Of a DNA stretch of 64,000 nucleotides, positions 52,051 to 60,873 are shown one piece after another. The notes beneath the pieces are model-generated. The model did not search any database, had not been told where the DNA came from, and saw nothing but the letters and a program-made list of their open reading frames with translations. Source of the DNA: an uncultured Acidimicrobiales bacterium (GTDB lineage: Bacteria; Actinomycetota; Acidimicrobiia; Acidimicrobiales; CAWCAL01). The stretch is from assembly GCA_963793475.1 (NCBI GenBank), contig CAWCAL010000006.1:98610-162609 (forward strand), in the 5' to 3' direction. The stretch's first letter is position 1, and every line of letters begins with the position of its first letter. The translations under genes were made by a program, and so were the position numbers.

Positions 52051-52650
52051 CGGCCGCCAGCTCACCGCTCGAGGACTCGAACGGCGCCGCCAGCTGATCG
52101 ACGTGGCGAACCGGTCGTTTCGCCGATCGCGGCTACCACTCGACATCGGTCACCGAGATCGTCAACGAGCTCGGCGTCGGCAAGGGGGTCTTCTACTGGT
52201 ACTTCGACTCGAAGGAAGAGCTGTTCCTCGAGATCCTCGGAGCGCCCAGCAGGACCTCCGCCGCCGCCAGCAGGCCGGCGATCGCGGACCTCGAGGACCC
52301 GCTCGCGCAGGTGGCCGCCGGCGTCCGCGCCGCCATGGAGTGGGCCGACCAGAACCGGCCGCTCGTCAGCCTGGTGCAGTTCGCTGCGACCGAGGAGCTC
52401 TTCGCCCCGGCCATCCGGGTCGGCCAGGCCATCGCCGTCGACGACGCCCGGACCTACATCGAGGCGAGCGCTCGAGACCCATGGACGCACGACCGTCGAT
52501 CCTGACCTGATGGTCCACGCCATGCTCGGCGTCACCGTACCACCTGGCCCAGACGTACCTGCTGGCAGGCAGCCGGCCGGTCGACGAGGTGGCCGACGCG
52601 GCCGTCCGGTTCTGTCTGCCTGACGGCGGCCATCGGAACGACGGTCGTAG
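52026..52650 (+). CDS. TetR/AcrR family regulator (frameshifted; ends approximate)
   Basis: ERRRQLIDVA, then GYHSTSVTEIVNELGVGKGVFYWYFDSKEELF in a shifted frame. Confidence 0.85.
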
Positions 52651-52659
52651 CCGGCCGGC

Positions 52660-53848
52660 CGCTCAGGCTCAGCCGCAGGTCGGGCAGGGCCTTGCGCAGC
52701 TGCCGCAGCGCCTGGCCGATGCGCTGCTCGTTCTCGATCAGGGCGAACCGCACGAACCCCTCGCCACCCGGGCCGAAGCCGACGCCGGGCGCCACCGCCA
52801 CGTTGGCCTCGCGGACCAGGAACGAGGCGAACTCGATCGACCCCATGGACAGGTACGGATCGGGAATGGGCGCCCAGGCGAACATGGTGCCCATGGGCGG
52901 CTCCATCTTCCATCCGATCCGATCGAGCCCGTCGCAGAGCGTGTCGCGCCGCTTCTGGTAGATCTCGTTGACCTCGCTCGGGAAGTCGGTCGCCTCGTTC
53001 ATGGTCACCGTCGCCGCGATCTGGATGGGCTGGAACGTGCCGTAGTCGAGGTAGCTCTTCAGCTTGGCCAGGGCGGCCACGGCCTCGGGATTGCCGACCA
53101 TGAACGCGACCCGCCAGCCGGCCATGGAGAACGACTTGGTCATGCAGTAGAGCTCGACGGCGCAGTCCTTGGCGCCCGGGACCTCGAGGATCGAAGGCGG
53201 CTGGTAGCCGTCGAACCCGATGTCGGCGTAGGCGAAGTCGTGCACGAGCATGATCTCGCGTTCGCGGGCGAAGTCGACGATACGCGACATGAACTCGAGG
53301 TCGACACAGGTGGTGGTGGGGTTGTGGGGAACGAGAGCACGATGACCCGCGGCCGCGGCCACGAGTACTCGAAGCCGCTGCACCATCGCGTCGAAGAAGT
53401 CGCTGCCGGTCGACAGCGGGATCTCCCGGACGTCGGCGCCGGCGAAGAGCGGCGCCTAGATGTGGATCGGATACGACGGGCGACGGGACCAGGCAGGCAT
53501 CGCCGGGCTGGAGCAGGGTCCACATCAGGTGGGAGTAGCCCTCCTTCGCCCCGATCGTGTTGATGATCTCGGTCTCGGCGTCGAGCTCGACACCGAAGCG
53601 GCGCAGGTACATGTCGGCAACCGCCTGCGCGGAGCTTGGGGATACCCCGACTGAGCGAGTACCGGTGGTTCCGGGGGTTCCGGGCGGCCTCGGCCAGCTT
53701 CTCGACCGCGATGTCCGGAGACGGCAGATCGGGGTTGCCGAAGTTCAGATCGATGACGTCCTCACCGGCCCGGCGCCGCGCCGATCTTCAGCTCGTTGAT
53801 GATGGTGAAGACGTACGGGGGCAGCTCGTTGATCCGTCGGAACTCCAT
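52660..53848 (-). CDS. PLP-dependent class I/II aminotransferase (AlaC/YfdZ-like; frameshifted, 3' end approximate)
   Basis: [70 protein letters not shown]. Confidence 0.92.
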
Positions 53849-53899
53849 GCCCGGAGCGTAGTTCCGACGCGCCGCAGCTTCCGGACGTATTGCGGGCAA

Positions 53900-53947
53900 G
53901 GAGTTCAGCAGATAGCAGCGGAGCGAAGCTCGGATTCGCTGAACTCC
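53900..53947. other. Intergenic stem-loop
   Basis: GGAGTTCAGC / GCTGAACTCC perfect 10-bp arms enclosing GAGC-gaa-GCTC. Confidence 0.45.
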
Positions 53948-53972
53948 GGAGTCCGCCCTTGCGGGCTCCCGC

Positions 53973-54976
53973 TCAGGTCTCGGCGGCGAAGAGGCCGGCG
54001 CCGACGCGCTCCGGCCTCGGGCCCGAGAGCGGCAGGCACGATCGGCACCGCGGGACGGTGCTCGGCCTCCATGAGGACCCGATCGACGTGGCGCTGCGTG
54101 GGTTCGACGAAGAGATCGTGCGACGTAGATCACGCCACCACCGAGCACGATCCGATCCGGATCCAGGATCGCCACGAGGTTGGCCAGTCCGAGGGCCAGC
54201 CACTCGCTGAACCGATCGAGCACGGCGAGGGCATCGGGGTCGCCGGCCGCGGCAGCGGCGTGACGTGCTCACCCTTCACCTGCCTCGGCGATCCCCGCCC
54301 GCCAACTCGACGGCTGCTGCGACGCCTCCCTCGAGGGCCCGCTCGCGGGCGATGCGACCGAGTCCGACACCGCTGGCGTAACGCTCCCAGCAGCCCAAGC
54401 CGACCGCAGGGGCACTCGAGCCCACCGGGATCGACGACCATGTGACCGATCTCGGCCGCGATATCCCCGCGCTCCCGGTGAAGAGCAGGCCGTCGAAGAT
54501 GAAGCCGCCACCGATGCCGGTGCCCAGGGTGACCATCACGAAGTCAGCCGATCCCTGGCCGGCGCCGACCTTGTACTCGGCCCATGCGGCCGCCGATGCG
54601 TCGTTGACCACGGCAACGGGTCCATCGAGAGCGTCGGTCAAGATCGAACCGAGCGGCGCATCGATGACCCCGGGCAGGTTCGGGACCGACCAGGAATCGA
54701 CCTAACGGTCGACCAGGCCGGCGATGCCGAGGCCGACCGGTGTGCCGGGAGGCTGCTCGAGCCGGCGCACCGTCTCGAGCAGCGCCTCGACGAGATGGTC
54801 GGTCCCGGCGGGTGTGTCGATCCGGGACTCGGCCAGGAGCGCATCCCGGGTCGGACGGAGTCGAAGGCGAGGCCGCGGACCTTGGTCCCCCCGACGTCGA
54901 TTCCGATGACGGTCTGGTCAGTCGGTGCAGTCACGACGGGCGATGATAGATCGTCCTCTGCGAGCGATCCCGCCAT
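53973..54976 (-). CDS. ROK family glucokinase-like protein (heavily frameshifted)
   Basis: IGIDVGGTK, VNDASAAAWAE, TLGTGIGGG, EIGHM, CPCGRLGCWERYASG, LDPDRIVLGGG. Confidence 0.88.
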
Positions 54977-54996
54977 GGCGCTCGGGTAGCGGTGGG

Positions 54997-56873
54997 TCAG
55001 GGCGTGATGACCAGCGCGTTCGTGTCGCCCAGCTCGGACGCCCATTCGCTGAATCGGATCGTGACGTCACGAGGATCGTCTGGATGACCCCTCGCTGGCC
55101 CTCGATCAGATCGAGCACCTCTGAGTATATCGGAGAATCCGGCGAACGCATGATCGAGCACCAGCGGCAGGACGTCCTCGTCCTCCAGGTGGTTGCGAAA
55201 ACGATGGGCCAGGTACTCGATCTGGGCCGGCTCGGAGAGCGCTCCGACCTCAGCGACCGCGTCCATCACCTGGCCGGCGAGCTTCCGCGTCGCTGCAACG
55301 GCGGTGTCTCGTAAGGTCAGCCGCGCATGAACCAGTTCGTCGGCGTCGGCGAGTCTGCTCATCCAGACCGGGCGATTTCGGACGCCAGTTCCTCGGCCCG
55401 GGATTCGAGTGCAGCGGTGTCGGTCGACAGCTCGTCGCCCAACTCGATGGCGAGCTTGTCAATGGACTCCTCGTCGGCTTCCACCCGCTCGAGCATGGCC
55501 GCGATCTGGTCGGCCTGCTCGGCCTGCTGTCGGCCACGGCGGCTCCTTCGGCCAACGACTCGATCACCCGTTCGGCGCGTTCGCTGAGCTCGATGTGATC
55601 CATGCCGTCGGCGATCGACACACCGACCCGGCGAAGTGCGCCGACGAGCTGGAAGCGCGAGCGCGTCCGGATCGGCGTTCGGGTCCGGCTCGATGATGAT
55701 GGAGCGGAGGGTCGCTTCGACGTCGTCGGCCGGTTCCCAGCCGATGAACTCGATCGCCTCGGCGTAGACCTGGTCCATCTCCTGGAAAAGTGCGGAGTAC
55801 TCGGGATCGCCGGCCAGTTCCGCCGTGACGGCATCCCACTCGGCTTGTACGGCGGCCAGCTCGTCCTGGGCAACCAGAAGCCGTTCGGCGCGGTCGCCAC
55901 TGTCCATGCCGACCGTGCCCATCACATAGCCGGTCCAGGTCTGAATCCGAGCTGATCGAGGAAGCTCTGCTCGGCCTCCGACGTGCGCTTCCCAGGCGCT
56001 TGGCCGACTTCGAGCCCAGGAACCGACGGCGCTTCGGTCTCCGCCTCGATCACCTCTTCGTGGGCAGCCTCCAACTGGTCGGCGATCGTGCGATCGATCG
56101 AACCCGGTCGAAGGGGCGCCTCTTCCTCGCTCACGGCACGCTGTGCCGCCGCCATCCGAGCGGCGAAGTCGTCGGGGCTTCGGCCCTCCTCGACTCAGCC
56201 GTTCCTCGAGGGCGGCGGCCCGCCCGGCGACATCGGCCCACCGATCAGCGAGGGCGGCGGCGCGGGGATCGACGATCGGGCGCGGGTCGACGGACAGACG
56301 GAGTGCCTCGGACGCATGGACAGCTCGTCGACCGGGGAGCTCCCTCAGGTAGTCGACATGGCTCCGGAGGTGCTCGATCTGGGTTCGGCCATCGACACGA
56401 TCCGTTGTTCGTCGGTCTCCGACCGCATGGCCTCGATGCGCAAGCTCGACGATCTCGATCTCGTGCTCGACCCGGTCCCGTTCGGCCGAGAGCTGGTCGT
56501 GTTGGGCCCGGGTGGCTGCGACGGACTCCTCGCAGGACGAGAACGGCCCGGTCGGCGGCCTTGAGCGACGGGCTTGCGTCGGCGACGGATCGTCGGACTC
56601 CACCGCGAACTCGGCAAGCTGCTCGGCCTGGCCGATGCAGTCGAGCGCGTGGATATTGGCCTCCGGGATTCGGTCACCCGCTTCGAGCAGAACCGTCTCG
56701 CCGTCGATCTCCACCTCGAGCGGCACATCGACCGCCCGGCCGGCGATCGCGGCCCGAAGGGTGTGCACGATGCGCGCCTCTTCGATCGACCGAAGCCCGG
56801 AGACGACGGTGACGTCGGGATGGAAGTCGAGCGTGAGGCCGTGGCCGTCTTCGCCGTATCGCAGGAATCGCAT
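54997..56873 (-). CDS. Long coiled-coil protein with degenerate SMC/Rad50/YhaN-like head motifs (frameshifted)
   Basis: N-terminal LTLDFHPDVTVVSG, acidic coiled coils across several frames, and C-terminal LPLVLDHAF...QTILVT. TAGTGT lies 6 nt before the ATG. Confidence 0.6.
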
Positions 56874-56899
56874 AGCGAAACACTATCGGCGATCGGAGC

Positions 56900-57265
56900 A
56901 AGCCGGATGAGGATTCGACCGAGTTTGTTGCGACCCATCCGCCCCGCTCGCCTGCGTACGGCGTTCAGAAGAGGGCTCGCCGTCCTCGCTTTCGTGGTCG
57001 AGATCCCCTCGTCGGCGTCCTCGGTCGAACCAGGCGGGTCCGACTCGCCGGCCATGGCGGACCGGCCGACGCGGGCCGCCTGCTGCGCCACCGTTCCCAT
57101 GGCGTGGCCCAGTTCCTTGATCCGATCGGGGTCCTCGACGACCTCCTCGACCGCATCCAGGAACGCTCGGGCCGCCGACAGCATCTCCCGGGCTGCACCC
57201 TGGAGGTGTTCGGTCCCACGCTCGACCGCGTCGATCTCCTCGTCGACCTCGGCGTCGTCGCTCAT
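56900..57265 (-). CDS. Hypothetical protein (3' end uncertain)
   Basis: MSDDAEVDEEIDAVERGTEHLQGAAREMLSAARAFLDAVEEVVEDP, with a purine-rich RBS (GAGGAGAG) upstream. Confidence 0.7.
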
Positions 57266-57302
57266 CTCGCGCTCTCCTCGACCCGCGGCTGCCTTCCGGC
57301 GG

Positions 57303-57806
57303 TCATTCTTGCCGATCTTCGTCCGGGTCCGAGCGTTTGGCACGGCCGGCCGGAACCCGGTCGGGGAACACGCCGTTTCGGGCCGCCCACAGCCCCGATG
57401 CGCCCAGCCCGAACATGGGGACCAGGATGCCGAAGGCCACGCCGGTGAACGGGCGGATACTGGCGGCGACGAGGCCCACCACGACCTGAACGGCCAGCAG
57501 GACCAGGAACCGGTTCCGGACCGCGACCGGTGCACATCCACCGGTCAGGAAGTACAGCTGGGTGGGTGCGATCTCCACCTCCCGACTGCGCCGGACCGCG
57601 ATGGCGAACGCCCAGAGGCAGGCCACCGAGCCCACGAGGAACAGCACGGCGCTCAGGACGACGAGCACCCCGACCCACGCCCCGCCCAGCGTGACCCCGG
57701 CGACGGCCAGGACGCTGAACACCGTCGTGGCGGCCGCATTCAGCTGGAGCAGCCAGCGCGTGGGTACCGCTCCCTCCGACGGGTCGGATCCGTCGGTGTC
57801 GGGCAT
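57303..57806 (-). CDS. Hypothetical membrane protein (about 4 TM segments)
   Basis: Clean 167-aa hydrophobic ORF coupled to the upstream glycosyltransferase stop. Confidence 0.8.
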   Translation of the reverse strand: MPDTDGSDPSEGAVPTRWLLQLNAAATTVFSVLAVAGVTLGGAWVGVLVVLSAVLFLVGSVACLWAFAIAVRRSREVEIAPTQLYFLTGGCAPVAVRNRFLVLLAVQVVVGLVAASIRPFTGVAFGILVPMFGLGASGLWAARNGVFPDRVPAGRAKRSDPDEDRQE

Positions 57807-58930
57807 CAGGGGGCCCAGGCGGCGAGGCCCGCCTCGAGATCGCGGGCGAGGCCGTCATAGGAGTAGTCCGTCACCGCACGGTGCCGCGAGGCCTCGGCCA
57901 GATCCCCGGCGAGGACCGGATCGGTCAGGATGCGCTTGAGTGCGGACGCGGCGCCCACCGCGTCGGAGGCCGGGTCGATGACGAAGCCGGTGCGCTCGTG
58001 GTCGACCGCCTCGGCCGACCCGCCGCTCGCGCCGGCCACCTGGGGCACGCCGCAGGCGGCGGCCTCGAGGAAGACGATGCCGAAGCCCTCCTGTTCGAGT
58101 CCCAGCCAGCGGTTGCGGCACAACATCGCGAACGCATCGGCGCAGCCGTAGAGCAGGGGGAGCTGCTCGTCGTCCACCCGGCCGAGGAACCGGGTGGGCG
58201 CTCCGTGGCGCTGCGCCACCCGTTCGAGCCGAGCTCGGTCGCGTCCGTGGCCGGCGATGGCCAGCGTCACCTCGGGGAGCCGATCGGCGACCCGGGCCAC
58301 GGCGCGAATCAGCACGTCCATCCCCTTGCGGGGAACCAGGCGGCTGACGCTGACGACCAGCGGGGCGTCGGGATCGAGTCCGAAGTGCTCCCGGGCTGCG
58401 GATCGTTCGTCGTCGGACAACGGGGCAAACCGCTCGGTGTCGACACCGGGCGGTACGACCACGACCGGCAGGTCGCGGCCGGCGGCCCGGCGAGCCTCGT
58501 CGGCCGGGTAGTGCCCGGCTGCGACGACGAGCGATGCGGCCCGGAGCGTTCGCCGCAGATCCAACTGGACGCCCGGCAACCGTCCGGGGACCGTCACCTC
58601 GGCGCCGTGGACGACCACACCGAAGGGACACTGCAGACTCGGTCCGACGTGCCCGAGGGGAAGGGCGGGGTCCAACAGGATCAGGTCGGCGCCGATCTCG
58701 TCCGCCAGGGTGTCGATCCGGCGGGTCAGGTTCTTCGTGGGCAACAGCACCCGTTCTCCGACCCGCTCGACCCGGAAGGGTTGGTCGGCATCCCACGCCG
58801 CGGCGCCCTCGTGCGGTGTGGTGAGCACCGTGAACGACGTCGGGTCGAGCCGGCGCCACAGCTCCCAGAGATAGGACTGGATACCTCCCAGCTTGGGCGG
58901 GAAGTCGTTGGTGACGAGGAGATGATGCAT
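57806..58930 (-). CDS. GT4 mannosyltransferase, PimB'-like
   Basis: LLVTNDFPPKLGGIQSYL, VHGAE, PPGVDTERF, VSRLVPRKG, EGFGIVFLEAAACG. Confidence 0.9.
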   Translation of the reverse strand: MHHLLVTNDFPPKLGGIQSYLWELWRRLDPTSFTVLTTPHEGAAAWDADQPFRVERVGERVLLPTKNLTRRIDTLADEIGADLILLDPALPLGHVGPSLQCPFGVVVHGAEVTVPGRLPGVQLDLRRTLRAASLVVAAGHYPADEARRAAGRDLPVVVVPPGVDTERFAPLSDDERSAAREHFGLDPDAPLVVSVSRLVPRKGMDVLIRAVARVADRLPEVTLAIAGHGRDRARLERVAQRHGAPTRFLGRVDDEQLPLLYGCADAFAMLCRNRWLGLEQEGFGIVFLEAAACGVPQVAGASGGSAEAVDHERTGFVIDPASDAVGAASALKRILTDPVLAGDLAEASRHRAVTDYSYDGLARDLEAGLAAWAP

Positions 58931-58979
58931 ACGGACGGTGCCCAGGTCTACTGCAGCGACGGTCGTCGCGACCACCGGA

Positions 58980-60071
58980 TCATGGCATCGGCGCGGCCAG
59001 TTCGTCGCGCACCGTCGGCTCGGGATCGTCCGCCACGGGTGACAGCAACCGATCGAGGCCGAGCCGTCGCGCCGCCCACACCGCATGACTCCGCACGATC
59101 GACTCGGGATCGGCCAGCGCTCGCCGGAGGGCGATGACGACGCGAGGGTCGCCGGGGTCACCGACGTTGCCCAGAACGACGAGGAGGTTGCGTCGCACGT
59201 ATCGGGCCTGCCGGCCCGGGATGTACCAGTGGCCGACCGCATCGATCAGCGCCTCGTCGTCGAGCGTCAGCATGTCCACCACGTCGACCCAGGTGTCGTC
59301 GGCAATCGACGGCGTGCAGCCGCCGAATCGACTGGGAGGACACACATCCTGGCAATCGTCGCACCCGTAGATGCGGTCCCCCAGCGCGACGCGGAACTCC
59401 CGGGGAAACTGACCGCGGGCCTGGAGCAGCCAGGTCAGGCACCGCCGTGCGTCCAGCACCCCCGGTTCGAGCGCACCGGTGGGGCACGCGTCGAGACACC
59501 GCCGGCACGATCCGCACCCATCGGGCACCGGTGTCCCGTTCGGCGCCAGCACCAGGTCGGTGAGGACCGAGCCGAGCAGGAACCAACTCCCACCCTCGGG
59601 GAGCAGGAGGTTGGTGTTCTTCCCCCACCAGCCCAGGCCGGCGCGGTGGGCGGCGGCTCGGTCGACCAGTGCGTTGTCGTCCATCAGCACCCGGGCCCGG
59701 TGACCGTCGCCCCGGAGTCGTTCCGCCACCGCGTCCAGGGCCACCCGCAACCCGGCGTAGGGGTTGCCTCGGGCGAACCGAGCCACTCGGGCCGTCGGCC
59801 CCGGCGGGGCCTCGGGGTCGTCGCCGCCGTAGGGCCATGCTCCGACGATCAGCGACGATGCACCCGGGAGTGCGTCGGTGGGGGTCGTGGCCCGGTCGGG
59901 GTTGCGATAGGTGAACTGCATGGTGGCGGCCAGGCCCGCCGCCTTGCGGGTCTCGAGGTGGACCCGGGTCTCGGTGAACGGTTGCGCCGAGGTCACCCCG
60001 ACCGCGGCGAATCCCAGTTCTTCCGTGTACCGGAGCAGATCGTCCCGGTCGTCGTCGGTGCGGGTGGCCAC
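58980..60071 (-). CDS. queG: tRNA epoxyqueuosine reductase
   Basis: DRAAAHRAGLGWWGKNT, GSWFLLGSVLT, CGSCRRCLDACPTGA, LDARRC, IYGCDDCQDVCP, HEAT-like tail. Confidence 0.95.
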   Translation of the reverse strand: MATRTDDDRDDLLRYTEELGFAAVGVTSAQPFTETRVHLETRKAAGLAATMQFTYRNPDRATTPTDALPGASSLIVGAWPYGGDDPEAPPGPTARVARFARGNPYAGLRVALDAVAERLRGDGHRARVLMDDNALVDRAAAHRAGLGWWGKNTNLLLPEGGSWFLLGSVLTDLVLAPNGTPVPDGCGSCRRCLDACPTGALEPGVLDARRCLTWLLQARGQFPREFRVALGDRIYGCDDCQDVCPPSRFGGCTPSIADDTWVDVVDMLTLDDEALIDAVGHWYIPGRQARYVRRNLLVVLGNVGDPGDPRVVIALRRALADPESIVRSHAVWAARRLGLDRLLSPVADDPEPTVRDELAAPMP

Positions 60072-60106
60072 AGGTGCATGGTCGCACGTAGGGGCCGCCA
60101 GTTCGG

Positions 60107-60307
60107 TCAGCCGAGCCGGGCCTGGTGGCGCAGCGGCGGGGCCAGTCCGGCGGAGCGGAGGGTGTGCAGGGCGCGGAACTCGTCCGCGTCGATGACCACG
60201 GCGTCGTCGGGCTCGCGGCTGCACAGGAAGGTGACGACACAGTCCTGACACGCCGACGTGGCAGCCATGATGCAGGTGTCGCACGAGATGCGGAGCGGTT
60301 CATCCAT
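60107..60307 (-). CDS. Small Cys-rich protein (CxxC-x7-CxxC)
   Basis: MDEPLRISCDTCIMAATSACQDCVVTFLCSREPDDAVVIDADEFRALHTLRSAGLAPPLRH. Confidence 0.8.
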   Translation of the reverse strand: MDEPLRISCDTCIMAATSACQDCVVTFLCSREPDDAVVIDADEFRALHTLRSAGLAPPLRHQARLG

Positions 60308-60313
60308 GGCTCC

Positions 60314-60336
60314 AGTGTCCGCGAGGGGTGTGACAG
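60314..60336 (-). promoter_or_regulatory. RecA-NDp / PafBC-type promoter candidate
   Basis: CTGTCACAC-N8-GACACT-N6-ATG, compared with the consensus tTGTCRgtg-N8-TAnnnT. Confidence 0.5.
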
Positions 60337-60370
60337 TCACCTCTGGGCCTGATGGCCGCGCGTTCGGGGT

Positions 60371-60571
60371 CTAGTCGGTTGGCCCGACGGTGTCGGCGGT
60401 GCCGCACCAGCGACAGGTCACGCTCTCGATCGTCTCGTCGAGGACGTCCTCTTGCTCGATCTCGAGGTCACCGCCGACCGAGTAGTGGTGGAAGGCCCTG
60501 GTGCGACGGGTGCTCACCACGTCGAACCGGGTCAGATTGCCGCACGTTGTGCAGCGATACCGGGGAGTCAC
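60371..60571 (-). CDS. Small Zn-ribbon-like protein
   Basis: MTPRYRCTTCGNLTRFDV...ESVTCRWCG (two CxxCG knuckles); TACAGT upstream. Confidence 0.82.
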   Translation of the reverse strand: MTPRYRCTTCGNLTRFDVVSTRRTRAFHHYSVGGDLEIEQEDVLDETIESVTCRWCGTADTVGPTD

Positions 60572-60675
60572 GCCGTGGGACTGTAGCGGTGGACCGCACC
60601 GGCGCCGCGCCCGTGGGCGCGCCGAGACCACGTTGCGTGGCCGGCTCGATCGACTGCGGCGGGCAACCTCGTGCG

Positions 60676-60765
60676 ACGGTTGTGCTCGCATAGCTGCGAC
60701 AACCGTGAACCGATTCGGGCCCGACCGACGCATCGTCGCAACTCTGTCGCACCTATGCGAGCAGA
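60676..60765. repeat. Inverted pair of REP-like palindromes
   Basis: A TGCTCGCATAG(C/G)TGCGACA unit on the + strand near 60683-60701 and on the - strand near 60745-60763. Each folds as TCGCA-4nt-TGCGA. Confidence 0.6.
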
Positions 60766-60842
60766 AGGGGGACCCCACTGGCCGGCAGATCACCGCCGAC
60801 CCATCCGATCCCGGCGCGGACCGACCACCGGCCCTTGCCGTG

Positions 60843-60873
60843 CGAACGCTTGTTCTGCTAGAACACCTGTTCG
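60843..60873 (+). promoter_or_regulatory. Tandem LexA (SOS) boxes
   Basis: CGAAC-GCTT-GTTCT (60843-60856) and AGAAC-ACCT-GTTCG (60860-60873) abut ATG 60874; the Gram-positive consensus is GAAC-N4-GTTC. Confidence 0.85.
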
